NCBI GenBank assembly: GCA_963820825.1
Contig: CAWGBN010000009.1
Span: 224,001-288,000 of the forward strand
Origin: Vulcanimicrobiota bacterium
Lineage (GTDB): Bacteria; Vulcanimicrobiota; Vulcanimicrobiia; Vulcanimicrobiales; Vulcanimicrobiaceae
Direction: 5' to 3'
Length of the DNA: 64,000 nucleotides
Below are positions 19,310-28,748 of this stretch, in pieces; the stretch's first letter is position 1, and each line of letters opens with the position of its first letter. Both the position numbers and the translations under genes were made by a program. The notes beneath the pieces were generated by a model. It saw only the letters and a program-made list of their open reading frames with translations. It did not search any database and had not been told where the DNA came from.

Positions 19310-20531
19310 ATACCGTGCGCACGATCGGACGCAGCGCCCAGATTCCAAGGAAGAGCACGACGCACAGCCCGCCGGCGAGAACGAACGTTTCGCGCAGGCC
19401 GATCGCCGTCGCAATTGCGCCGTCGAAGAGCGCCCCGAGCGGAACGACGCCGATCGCAATCATCGTGTAGATCGAGAGCGCGCGCCCGCGCACGTCGTCG
19501 GGAGAGAGCATCTGAATCAGCGTGTTCGTCGCCCCGAGCGATGCGAGCGTTCCGACGCCCGCGGCAAAGAGCACCGGCAACGCGAGCGCGAGCGTCGGCA
19601 CGAAACCGAGTGCGGCGACGCCGGCCGACATGAGCAGACCGGCTTGAAACCAGAGCTTTGCGCGGCGTTCGCGTTGGGCGAAATACGCGGTCACGAGCGC
19701 GCCGCCGAAACCGCCGATGCCGATCGCCGAGACCGCCCAGCCGAGTCCGTGCGCGCCGGCGTGCAAGATATTCACGGCGAGCGCGGGTACGAGCAGAGTG
19801 TACGGGCGCGCCAGCAGCGCCGAGACGAGTTGCGCGAGCACGATCCAGCGCAATACGGGATGGCGCGCGACGAACGCGACCCCGTAGCGCATCGCCGCAA
19901 GTGCGGGTTCTCCGGCGCGCTGCGATGCCGGTGACGGGCGCATCATCATCACGGCGACGACGACCGCGAGCGTCGCGGCGGCATTAAAGTAGAAGGCGCC
20001 CGCGACCCCGATCCAGACGATGAGCGCACCGGCGAGCGCGGGACCGATCACGGCGGGCGCATTGAACGCGACGGAGTTGAGTCCGACCGCGTTGCCGACG
20101 TACTCGCGATCGACGAGCGTCGGCACCCAGCTCTGGCGCGTCGGCGAATCGAAGGCCATCGCTGCGGCACTGATGGCGGAGATCACGACCAGGCCCGGCA
20201 TGCCGAGCCGATGGAGGGTCGCGAGAATCGCGAGCATGAACGCCGCCGATGCCATCGTCGTGTTCGTGACGAAGAGCACGCGCCGGCGCGGCAGGCGGTC
20301 GGCGACGACTCCCGCGAGCGGCGAGAAGAGCAAGACCGGCATCGCCCGCGCGGCTCCGATGATCCCGAGATCGAACGCGGCGCGATGGGGCGATCCGGCC
20401 ATTCGGGCAACGAAAAAACCCATCGCGGTGAACTGCATCCACGTGCCTAGGTTCGAAACGAGCAATCCGATCCAGAGCAGACGAAAGTCGCGATAGCGCA
20501 GCGCCGTCAGAATGGACGCGCGCTGAATCAA
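19308..20531 (-). CDS. MFS transporter (DUF894/EntS-like)
   Basis: ALRYRDFRLLWIG, SNLGTWMQ, GVVADRLPRRR; ~12 hydrophobic helices; TTG start overlaps the upstream stop. Confidence 0.9.
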   Translation of the reverse strand: MIQRASILTALRYRDFRLLWIGLLVSNLGTWMQFTAMGFFVARMAGSPHRAAFDLGIIGAARAMPVLLFSPLAGVVADRLPRRRVLFVTNTTMASAAFMLAILATLHRLGMPGLVVISAISAAAMAFDSPTRQSWVPTLVDREYVGNAVGLNSVAFNAPAVIGPALAGALIVWIGVAGAFYFNAAATLAVVVAVMMMRPSPASQRAGEPALAAMRYGVAFVARHPVLRWIVLAQLVSALLARPYTLLVPALAVNILHAGAHGLGWAVSAIGIGGFGGALVTAYFAQRERRAKLWFQAGLLMSAGVAALGFVPTLALALPVLFAAGVGTLASLGATNTLIQMLSPDDVRGRALSIYTMIAIGVVPLGALFDGAIATAIGLRETFVLAGGLCVVLFLGIWALRPIVRTV

Positions 20532-21154
20532 TTGCCGCGGGCTCGCACTGCTGCAACGATGACTGCGGCGCACCCGTCCGGCTCGAACCGCGAGGCGTCG
20601 ATGCAGAGATCGTAGTTGTGCGGATCGCCGAACGTCAGCCCGTACCAATCGCGCAAATGCGCGGTGCGCGCGCGGTCGATGCGGTCGATCTCCGCCTCGG
20701 CCGCGTCGCGGCGCGCTCCGGTCGTTTCGGCGAGACGCGCGATCCGCCAATCGCGCGGCGCGTGAACGAATACCCGCAGCACGTCTTCCCGAGCGCCCAA
20801 GATCGCCGAGGCGCCGCGACCGACGATGACGACGCTGCCGCGCGAGGCGCACTCGCGCACCGCGTCCTGAACCGCACGCAGCCGGTCCTCGTCGAGCGAC
20901 TCGCCCGAAGCGGCGGCGAGTTCCGGCGTCGCTCGCTCGAGGACCGTCAAGAAGCGCTCTCCGAGTGACCGCTTTGCATCTTCGCCCGCCGCACCCGCCT
21001 CGCGCCGCACGCGTAACCGCTTGGCGACGACGACGGGAAGCTGCTCGTCCACGTACTCGAAGCCGAGCGCCGCCGCGACCCGCTGCGCGACCGCGAGGGC
21101 ACCCGACCCGTACTCGTTGGAGAGCGTTACGACCACCGGAGAAGGAGTACGCAA
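20528..21154 (-). CDS. Cytidylate kinase-like family protein
   Basis: VTLSNEYGSG, VIVGRG, YDLCID. True start may be a GTG slightly downstream. Confidence 0.85.
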   Translation of the reverse strand: MRTPSPVVVTLSNEYGSGALAVAQRVAAALGFEYVDEQLPVVVAKRLRVRREAGAAGEDAKRSLGERFLTVLERATPELAAASGESLDEDRLRAVQDAVRECASRGSVVIVGRGASAILGAREDVLRVFVHAPRDWRIARLAETTGARRDAAEAEIDRIDRARTAHLRDWYGLTFGDPHNYDLCIDASRFEPDGCAAVIVAAVRARGN

Positions 21155-22179
21155 TGCCGAACGCAGGTGTCCTGCCGATCGTAGCCACGCGCGATTTGCG
21201 CAAAGTCTTTCGCACCCGCAAGCGCTCGGAGGGGACCCTCGGTGCGCTGCGATCGTTTTTCGCCGGCGGCTACGAGGAACGCGTGGCCGTCGACGACGTC
21301 ACCTTCGCGCTCGAGCCGGGCGAACTGGTCGGCTACATCGGACCCAACGGCGCCGGCAAATCGACCACGATCAAGATGCTGACCGGAATCCTGGTTCCGA
21401 CCTCGGGCGAGGTCCGCGTCGCCGGACTCGTCCCTTGGAAGCAGCGGCGCGAGAACGCGCGGAATATCGGCGTGATCTTCGGCCAGCGCAGTCAGCTCTA
21501 CTGGGATCTCCCGCTGATCGAATCGTTCGAGCTCTTGCGGGCGATCTACGGAGTTCCGCGCGACCAGTACCGGCGCAACCTCGACGAGTTCGTCGAGATC
21601 CTCGACATGACGAGTTTTCTGCGAACTCCGGTTCGCCAGCTCTCGCTGGGTCAGCGGATGCGCGGCGACTTTGCCGCCGCGCTGCTGCACAGCCCGCAGA
21701 TCGTCTATCTCGACGAGCCGACGATCGGACTCGACGTCGTCGCGAAGGAGGCGATCCGCGAGTTCATCGCGCGCATCAACGCCGAGCGCGGGGCGACGAT
21801 CGTGCTGACGACGCACGACCTGGCCGACGTCGAGCGGCTCTGCAAACGCATCGTACTGATCGATCGCGGCACGCTCATCTACGACGGCGACATCGACCGC
21901 ATCAAGAGCGAGTACGGGCGCTTTCGCACGCTGATCGTGCGCTTCGCCGAACCGATCGCCGATCCGCATCTCGACGGCGCGCAGCTCGCCGGCATCGAGG
22001 ACTCGAGCGCGCGGTTCCGCTTCGACCGCAACCTGCAGCGGGCCGATCTGCTCGTGCGCCAAGCGAGCGAACGTTACCGCGTCGAAGACGTCAGCTTAGA
22101 AGAACCGGACCTTGAATCGATTATCCGCCGCATCTACGTTGAAGGATACGGCCAGCAATCCGAGGAGGGCGCGTCATGA
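21154..22179 (+). CDS. ABC transporter ATP-binding protein
   Basis: GPNGAGKST, LSLGQRMR, YLDEPTIGLD, TTHD; GGAG RBS. Confidence 0.95.
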   Translation: MPNAGVLPIVATRDLRKVFRTRKRSEGTLGALRSFFAGGYEERVAVDDVTFALEPGELVGYIGPNGAGKSTTIKMLTGILVPTSGEVRVAGLVPWKQRRENARNIGVIFGQRSQLYWDLPLIESFELLRAIYGVPRDQYRRNLDEFVEILDMTSFLRTPVRQLSLGQRMRGDFAAALLHSPQIVYLDEPTIGLDVVAKEAIREFIARINAERGATIVLTTHDLADVERLCKRIVLIDRGTLIYDGDIDRIKSEYGRFRTLIVRFAEPIADPHLDGAQLAGIEDSSARFRFDRNLQRADLLVRQASERYRVEDVSLEEPDLESIIRRIYVEGYGQQSEEGAS

Positions 22180-22937
22180 TTCTATCGAGCGGTGCGAAGA
22201 GACCGAAGATCCATTCGAGCACCTACGTCGCGCCGAGCGCGACGATCGGCGGCGACGTGACGATCGGCGCCGATTGCGCGATCCTGCACGGAGCCGTGAT
22301 CACCGCCGAGGGAGCGCCGGTAACGATCGGCGCGCAGACCGTCGTCATGGAGAACGCGGTGCTCAAAGCGAGCGGCGGAAGCGCCTTGCAATATCCGCTC
22401 TCGATCGGCGACCGGTGCATCGTCGGACCGCACGCCTACGTCGTCGGCGCCACGATCGGTGACGGCTGCTTCGTCGCCGGCGGCTCGAAAATTTTCAACG
22501 GCGCAACGCTCGGGGACGGCAGCGGCGTCGCCCTCGGCGCAATCGTCCACGTGAAGGCTCGCCTTCCGGCCGCTGCCAGCGTCCCGATGATGCACGTTGC
22601 CTATGGCGATCCGGCGACGATCGTTGCGCCCGAGCGCGCGCCGGAGGTCCACGCCAAGGTCGACTTCTACGCCGACGTCTTCAATCTCGAGGCGGGCGAC
22701 GACGTTCGCGCCCGCGCCGCCGAGACGTACGCGAAGTTCCTTCGCAAGGTCCACGCACAGGACACGACGCTCGAAGAGCATCGCAACGTGAAACCGGCTC
22801 CCCGCCGGCGAGCCGGCGAGGAGCCGCCCCCGACGCAAGCCACCGAGGTCGACAAGGTCGTCGACGTCATGATGCTCGAGCTCGAAGAGATGGAACATCG
22901 CCGGCAGCAAGCGATCCGGCGACAGAAGGGCGGCTAA
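22176..22937 (+). CDS. Gamma-carbonic-anhydrase-like left-handed beta-helix protein (PaaY/CaiE-like)
   Basis: PKIHSSTYVAPSATIGGDVTIG hexapeptide repeats. Confidence 0.8.
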   Translation: MILSSGAKRPKIHSSTYVAPSATIGGDVTIGADCAILHGAVITAEGAPVTIGAQTVVMENAVLKASGGSALQYPLSIGDRCIVGPHAYVVGATIGDGCFVAGGSKIFNGATLGDGSGVALGAIVHVKARLPAAASVPMMHVAYGDPATIVAPERAPEVHAKVDFYADVFNLEAGDDVRARAAETYAKFLRKVHAQDTTLEEHRNVKPAPRRRAGEEPPPTQATEVDKVVDVMMLELEEMEHRRQQAIRRQKGG

Positions 22938-22958
22938 CTCCTTGCGAGAGTCGCGCGT

Positions 22959-23750
22959 TTGAATCTAGAGCCCTACGTCGAGTTCGCGAAAAAAGCGTTC
23001 TCCCGCGAGGCGACCTACCGCATGGAGGTGGTCACCGAGGTGGGGTCGCTCGTGCTGCGCGTCTACATTCTGCGCGCGCTCTGGACCGCGCTCTACGCGC
23101 AGAATGCCGCTCCGACGAATCTCCCGCTCCACAGCATGATCACCTATGCCACGATCGCGATGCTGATGTCGCTCATTCTCGAGGTCGACGGCACCCGGAT
23201 GATCCGCGAGAAGCTTCGCGAGGGAACGATCGCGACCGATCTGATGAAACCGATCAGCGTGCCGCTCTACTTCTTCAGCGACGGAATGGGACAGACGCTG
23301 CTGCACGCGTTGCTGGTCGTACCGTCGTTGCTCTGCGCGTTGCTGCTCGTCCGCATCGACGTACCATCTCCGGCAACCTTCGCCGCCTTTCTCTTGGCCT
23401 TCGTCATCGGATACGGCGTCAATTTCTTCTTGAATTTCCTGATGAACTGCGTGGCGTTCTGGACGCTCGAGACCTTCGCGGCGCAGCTCATCGTGCGCTG
23501 GGTCTCCGATCTGCTCTCGGGTCAGATCATTCCGCTGACCCTCTTCCCCGGCATCCTCGGCAGGATCGTCTTCGCGCTGCCCTTTGCCGCGATCTACTCG
23601 ACGCCGTTACTGATCTACGTCGGCGTCATTCCGCCATCGCAATGGGCCGCCAGCATCGCGGCGCAGATCGCGTGGCTCGTGCTCTTCGCGGCCGGCTCGT
23701 CACTGGTCTGGCACGCGGCTTCGAATCGCGTGATCGTTCAGGGCGGATAG
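22959..23750 (+). CDS. ABC-2 family permease (DUF990-like)
   Basis: REGTIATDLMKP, LSGQIIPL, C-terminal VQGG. Confidence 0.88.
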   Translation: MNLEPYVEFAKKAFSREATYRMEVVTEVGSLVLRVYILRALWTALYAQNAAPTNLPLHSMITYATIAMLMSLILEVDGTRMIREKLREGTIATDLMKPISVPLYFFSDGMGQTLLHALLVVPSLLCALLLVRIDVPSPATFAAFLLAFVIGYGVNFFLNFLMNCVAFWTLETFAAQLIVRWVSDLLSGQIIPLTLFPGILGRIVFALPFAAIYSTPLLIYVGVIPPSQWAASIAAQIAWLVLFAAGSSLVWHAASNRVIVQGG

Positions 23751-23752
23751 CT

Positions 23753-24484
23753 TTAGGAAGCGATACCCGGAAGATCCCAGAGTACGAGCTCGCCGCTACC
23801 GTCGACGTCGAGTCGCGGCACGTCGTAGAGCCGGATCGAATCTCCCGCTTTGAGCTCCTCACCGTTCGCCCGAGCCGTGCCCTCGGCAAGGAAGAGAAAA
23901 CCGTACCGCTGCGGAGCGAAGTCGAGAGCGATCGCCGAGCCTTCCAGTCGCGCGACGCGCAGCGTCGCGTTCTGCGTGATGCGAATCGGCGCGGTGACCT
24001 CGGGCGCGCCGCTTACCACCGTCAACCAGCGATTGCGCCGATCCTCGACGCCGAATGCCATCTCGCCGTACGACGGCGTCGTGCCGGTGCGCCCTGGAAT
24101 CACCCACATCTGAACGAGATGCAGCGGTTCGGTGGCGCTATCGTTGAACTCGCTATGCCGCACGCCCGTCCCGGCGCTCATGAATTGGATTCCGCCGGGA
24201 CCGACGACGCCGTGATTGCCCATGCTGTCGCGATGCGCGAGCTCGCCGGAGAGAACGTACGTCACGATCTCCATGTCGCGATGCGGGTGCGGCGGAAATC
24301 CCGATGCGGGTGCGATCCGGTCGTCGTTGAAGACGCGCAGCGCGCCCCAGTTGACGTTTGCGGGATCGACGTAATCGGCGAAGCTGAACGAATAATAGGT
24401 GTCGAGCCAGCCGTGGTCGGCGTGGGCTCGCTCCTCGGAACGCACCAGGGTAAACGACGGGGAATGCAGTGAGGTTGGAGTCAC
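23753..24484 (-). CDS. Pirin family protein (YhhW-like)
   Basis: DHGWL, SFSFADY, HPHRDMEI, HRDSMGN, MSAGTGVRHSE. Confidence 0.93.
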   Translation of the reverse strand: MTPTSLHSPSFTLVRSEERAHADHGWLDTYYSFSFADYVDPANVNWGALRVFNDDRIAPASGFPPHPHRDMEIVTYVLSGELAHRDSMGNHGVVGPGGIQFMSAGTGVRHSEFNDSATEPLHLVQMWVIPGRTGTTPSYGEMAFGVEDRRNRWLTVVSGAPEVTAPIRITQNATLRVARLEGSAIALDFAPQRYGFLFLAEGTARANGEELKAGDSIRLYDVPRLDVDGSGELVLWDLPGIAS

Positions 24485-24499
24485 AAATCATGCGACCGT

Positions 24500-25408
24500 T
24501 CAGCGCGGCGCGAGGTTGCGAAGCCGGCCGAGCAGCAGATGGTAGTAGAGCATCCCCTTGACCGGCCCGAGCCGTTCGAGGAGCTCCGCCTGATCGACGT
24601 GCGCGCGGCCGGCGAGCGTCGCCAGCGTGCGCGCGACGCCGGAGTCCCGCAGTGGAAAGGTATCGAGCCGGCCGAGCCCGCGCAGCAGGATGACCGCGGC
24701 ACTCCAAGCGCCGATGCCGCGAATCGCGCAGAGCCGTTCCGCCGCCTCCGGCGTCGAGAGCGCCTCCAGTTCCGTCTCGTCGAGCCGTCTCGAGGTGACG
24801 GCCTCCGCGACGCTGCGCAGATGCGCGATCTTATTGGTCGAGATCCCAACGCCGCGCAGCTGCGCGCCGCTCGCCGCGAGCCAGCGCTGCGGCGGTGGAA
24901 ACGCGACGCACCGGACGGCGCCCGCGGCGATCTCGTCGCCGAGCAGCTCGACGGCGCGGCGCATGATCGCCGCCGCCGCGTGAATCGAAATCTGCTGAAA
25001 GAGGATCGCGTGCGCGCAAGCCTCCCAGAGCGTCGCATACCGCGGCGGCTTGAGCCCTCGCAACGCATCGGCGATCGGGACGAGCCAATCGATCTGACGG
25101 CTGCGCGCGTACCACGGGCGCAGGTCGACTTGCATCCCGAGCATCCGGGCCACGACCGGCAGCCAGCGTTCGGTGCGCCGGCCGGTCGCCCGAACCTCGA
25201 CGCTCGCCGCGCTATGCGGGCGCACCGCAACGACCTCGGTGCCGTCGCCGTCCTGCAGCGCGCGATAGTACGTACCGTCCGGACCGACGACGTCGACGGC
25301 GTTGCTCGCGAGACGGCGCAGCGCGTCGACGGTCAGGTCCAACCGAAAGGGCGGGCGCGCGGGTACCCTTCGCGCAATACCGAAACGCCTTAGCGGTGCT
25401 GGGCGCAT
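24500..25408 (-). CDS. DNA-3-methyladenine glycosylase II (AlkA family)
   Basis: ILFQQIS, FPPP, HhH motif LCAIRGIGAWSA, FPLRD; start uncertain. Confidence 0.85.
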   Translation of the reverse strand: MRPAPLRRFGIARRVPARPPFRLDLTVDALRRLASNAVDVVGPDGTYYRALQDGDGTEVVAVRPHSAASVEVRATGRRTERWLPVVARMLGMQVDLRPWYARSRQIDWLVPIADALRGLKPPRYATLWEACAHAILFQQISIHAAAAIMRRAVELLGDEIAAGAVRCVAFPPPQRWLAASGAQLRGVGISTNKIAHLRSVAEAVTSRRLDETELEALSTPEAAERLCAIRGIGAWSAAVILLRGLGRLDTFPLRDSGVARTLATLAGRAHVDQAELLERLGPVKGMLYYHLLLGRLRNLAPR

Positions 25409-26194
25409 ACATCGAATATTGGCGAATCAATCTGCTGACGCTGATCGAGTACCGGACGAACTTCGTCATGTGGTTCGTCTTTACGATCGTCTATCACGGC
25501 GTCGCGCTCGGCGCGCTGTGGGTGACGATGCACCAGTTTCCGTCGATGAACGGGTGGGACTTCCGCCAGATGGCTCTTCTTTACGGGCTTTGGATGCTCG
25601 GGCATGCAGCTGCACAACACGTTCTTCTTCACCGTCGGCAACGTTCCCGATTACGTCCGCGAGGGCCGCTTCGACCGCTTCCTCGTGCGTCCGCTCGACA
25701 CGCTCTTCCAAGCGCTTACCGTGCCGCAGCAGATCGTGGCCGGACGAGCTGATTCTTGCGTCATCACCTTCGCGCGGCGACCGTGTACGGCGAACGTCCA
25801 CGTCGATTGCGGCGTACATTGCGTTCGTGCCGCTCGTCGCCGCGGGTGGCGCGCTCATCGATTTCGGTATATCGCTGTCGTCGCGACGCTGCTCGTTTCT
25901 GGTTCATTCGCATCGATACGCTGCGCTGGGTGGTGATGTCGCTGGAACAAGACTTCACCCGCTACCCGATCAGCATCTACACGCGCGGCGTGCGCTTCGT
26001 GCTGGCGTTCGTTCTTCCGTTCGCGTTCATGAATTACTTTCCGGCCACGTATCTGCTTCACAAGACCGACACGGGACTTTCGCTGTCACCGTGGGTGGGT
26101 TTACTGACGCCCGTCATCGGCCTTGCTTGGGCGCGGCGCCGCCTACGCCTTTTGGCTCTTCGGCCTTCGCCATTATCAAGGGACCGGCTCGTGA
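25396..26194 (+). CDS. Second ABC-2 family permease, multiple frameshifts
   Basis: Fragments IEYRTNF, GRFDRFLVRP, RYPISIY, LPFAFMNYFPA and YQGTGS* lie in different frames. Confidence 0.8.
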
Positions 26195-27072
26195 GACGCG
26201 GCGCGTTTCTGGGTTGCGCCGGCGCGGCGCTGCTCGCATCGCACGCGACGCGCGCCGATGCCGCGACGGTAACTGCGAAGATTCGCCGGATCGCGCGCGC
26301 GATGCCCGGAAGGATCGGCGTCTACGCCCGCACGCTCGCCCCCGGTGCGCCGATCGTTGCCTACGACGCGTCGCACCGCTTTCCGACCGCGTCGATCATC
26401 AAAGTACTGATCATGACGACCGCATACGCGGTCGACGAAACGGAGCCCGGAGCGCTCTCGGCGCGGGTGACATACCATAGCGGCGAGCTGATCGGCGGCT
26501 CCGATTTCATGAGTCAGGCCAGAGACGGCAAGCGTTTCACCGTCCGCGAGCTCATCGTTCCGATGATTCAGTTGAGCGACAACACCGCCGCGAATATGCT
26601 CATCGGTCACTTCGGAGTCGCCACCATCAACGCCGTCGGGCGGCGTGCCGGCTTGAAGCGGACGCACCTCGCGCGCCAATTCATGGATTTTGCGGCAATC
26701 GCGCACCACAACGACAACGTCTCGACCCCGGCCGATATGGGGCATCTCCTCTATCTGATCGAGCGCGGCGCGCGCGAGGGCTTCGGCACGATCGTTTCGG
26801 CACGCCACTGCCGCGAGATGGTCGCGATCATGCTCGGCCAGACCGACCGCGACGGAATTCCGGCGGCGCTGCCGCACGGAACCTCCGTTGCGAATAAGAC
26901 CGGCGAGGTCGACGGGACGCGCAACGACATCGCGATCGTCGAACCGTTCGGCGACTCACCCTTCATCCTCGCGATTATGACCGCCGATGCCTACGACTAT
27001 GCAGCGGCGTACGCGGCGATCCACGCCGTGACGCGCGCGACCTATGCCGAGGCTGCCCACTCTTACGAGTGA
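26191..27072 (+). CDS. Class A beta-lactamase-like serine hydrolase with Tat-type signal
   Basis: GTG 26191 MRRGAFL; TASIIK, SDNTAAN, NKTG. Confidence 0.87.
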   Translation: MRRGAFLGCAGAALLASHATRADAATVTAKIRRIARAMPGRIGVYARTLAPGAPIVAYDASHRFPTASIIKVLIMTTAYAVDETEPGALSARVTYHSGELIGGSDFMSQARDGKRFTVRELIVPMIQLSDNTAANMLIGHFGVATINAVGRRAGLKRTHLARQFMDFAAIAHHNDNVSTPADMGHLLYLIERGAREGFGTIVSARHCREMVAIMLGQTDRDGIPAALPHGTSVANKTGEVDGTRNDIAIVEPFGDSPFILAIMTADAYDYAAAYAAIHAVTRATYAEAAHSYE

Positions 27073-27350
27073 GGCGTTTCCCGGTAGATCTTGCAGCCGT
27101 ACGCCTCGCCGCTTCGAAGCGTCGCGAGCTTCGCCGCGCGCGATAGCCGTTTGAAGCGCGCTTCGTGCGACTTCGCATCCGCGAAGGTTGGCGGGTGCCA
27201 CCAGGCAACGAGCGCGACCGGCAGGCGGCCGCGCGTGTATTTCGCACCTTTGCGGCGGCCGTGCGCCGCGAGACGCCGCGCGAGGTCGGTCGTCGCGCCG
27301 GTATAGAGCGACCCGTCCCGGCAGGCGAGCACGTAGACCGACGGCTTCAC
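27063..27350 (-). CDS. GIY-YIG nuclease family protein (UPF0213)
   Basis: VYVLACRDGSLYTG, GAKYTRGRLP. Confidence 0.88.
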   Translation of the reverse strand: MKPSVYVLACRDGSLYTGATTDLARRLAAHGRRKGAKYTRGRLPVALVAWWHPPTFADAKSHEARFKRLSRAAKLATLRSGEAYGCKIYRETPHS

Positions 27351-27410
27351 GCCGGTCACGTTCTCCGCGGGCGTCAGGAGCTCCGACCCGCTGCGTACAA
27401 CTTTGGAAGG

Positions 27411-28748
27411 ATGAAGATGCTCGCGCTCGGCGGCGCGCTGCTCCTCGGCGCGACCGGCGCCGATGCGTCGCTGCCCTCTCTCACGCCGTATCCGCCGGTC
27501 ACGGCCATGGTCGCCGCCGTCTCGGCCGATCGCCTCAAGAGCTCCGTCGACCGGCTCGTCGCGTTCGGAACTCGCAACGATTTCTCCGAGCGCAGCTCGA
27601 CGCCGGAACACGGCGTCTTCGGCGCCCGCGATTGGATCGCGCGTGAGTTCACCGCGATCGCGGCAACGACGAACGGCCGGATGAGCGTCAAGCTCGACAC
27701 CTATCTACAGGCAAAGACCGCGCGCACGCCGCGGCCCGTTCTCGAATCGAGCGTCATCGCAACGCTGGCAGGAACGGCACCCGGGCGCATCTACGTCATG
27801 TCGAGCCACTTCGACGATTGCGACGGCCACTGCACCGACGGAGCCGGAACCGCTCCCGGCGCGGACGACAACGGCTCGAGCGTCGCCGCCGTTCTGGAAG
27901 CGGCGCGGGTAATGGCCGCGACGCCGTTCCGCGGCACGATCGTCTTTGCGTGCTTCGACGGCGAAGAGCTCGGGCTCTGGGGTTCGGATCATTACGCGCG
28001 CGAGCTCGCCGCCGCGCACGCGCCGGTTCTGGCAGTTCTCAACGACGACATCATCGGCAACTCGGTCGGTGGTGACGGCGCGTCGGAACCCAACGTCGTC
28101 CGCGTCTTCAGCCAAGGGTTGCCGGCGGGTGCGGATATCGCGCGCGTCAATCTGGTCGGCTCCGAGAACGATTCGCCGTCCCGCGAGCTTTCGCGCTTCA
28201 TCGCCGAGCTGGTCCCGGTCTACGTGTCGGGATTCGAGGTTCGGCAAATCTTTCGAGCCGATCGCTTTCTGCGCGGCGGCGACCAAGAATCGTTTCAGGA
28301 CGCCGGCTACGCCGCGGCGATACGGTTCGTCGAGCCGCACGAGAACTTCGCGCACCAGCATCAAGACGTTCGCGTCGAGAGCGGCGTGCAGTACGGCGAT
28401 CTGCCGCAGTATATCGACGCGCAGTACCTTACGCGCGTGACCCAAGCGAACGTTGCGGCCCTCGCGACCCTCGCGCTGGGACCGGCGGCGCCGAGCGGCG
28501 TCCAGATGGTTCTTCACCGGCTCGGCTACGACTCGACGCTGCGATGGAAGCCCGCGTCCGATGCCGTCTCCTACGAGGTTCTCATGCGCACGACCGACGC
28601 ACCGCAGTGGGAGTACGCCCGCAACGTCGGCGACGTCACGCAGGCAACCGTTCCGGTTTCGAAGGACGACTACGTGCTCGGCGTGCGCAGCGTCGACGTC
28701 AACGGTCTGCGCAGTCCGGCCGTCTATCCCGTCGCGACGCGCGAATAG
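27411..28748 (+). CDS. Secreted M28-family metallopeptidase with C-terminal Fn3-like domain
   Basis: SHFD, GADDNGS, GEELGLWGS, RGGD. Confidence 0.88.
   Translation: MKMLALGGALLLGATGADASLPSLTPYPPVTAMVAAVSADRLKSSVDRLVAFGTRNDFSERSSTPEHGVFGARDWIAREFTAIAATTNGRMSVKLDTYLQAKTARTPRPVLESSVIATLAGTAPGRIYVMSSHFDDCDGHCTDGAGTAPGADDNGSSVAAVLEAARVMAATPFRGTIVFACFDGEELGLWGSDHYARELAAAHAPVLAVLNDDIIGNSVGGDGASEPNVVRVFSQGLPAGADIARVNLVGSENDSPSRELSRFIAELVPVYVSGFEVRQIFRADRFLRGGDQESFQDAGYAAAIRFVEPHENFAHQHQDVRVESGVQYGDLPQYIDAQYLTRVTQANVAALATLALGPAAPSGVQMVLHRLGYDSTLRWKPASDAVSYEVLMRTTDAPQWEYARNVGDVTQATVPVSKDDYVLGVRSVDVNGLRSPAVYPVATRE

Noticed and set aside
18826..19365. N-terminal extension of the alpha/beta hydrolase and the repetitive minus-strand ORF 18747..19199
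   Set aside because: Antisense read-through of the basic repeat gene, whose strand is supported by promoter, terminator and synonymous variation.
20532..21221. Possible kinase-MFS fusion (637-aa ORF)
   Set aside because: The kinase-like gene is in a different frame with its own stop overlapping the MFS TTG.
25756..27072. Apparent permease/beta-lactamase fusion
   Set aside because: Artefact of indels; the permease ends YQGTGS-TGA at 26194 and the hydrolase has its own signal peptide.
26191..27072. Bona fide antibiotic-resistance beta-lactamase
   Set aside because: SxxK, SDN and KTG are present but no ExxLN omega-loop motif is visible (RQFMDF instead), so it is more likely a PBP-like hydrolase.
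27063..27350. GIY-YIG gene as a mobile homing endonuclease
   Set aside because: Short stand-alone UPF0213 type with no intron, terminal repeats or flanking REP copies visible.
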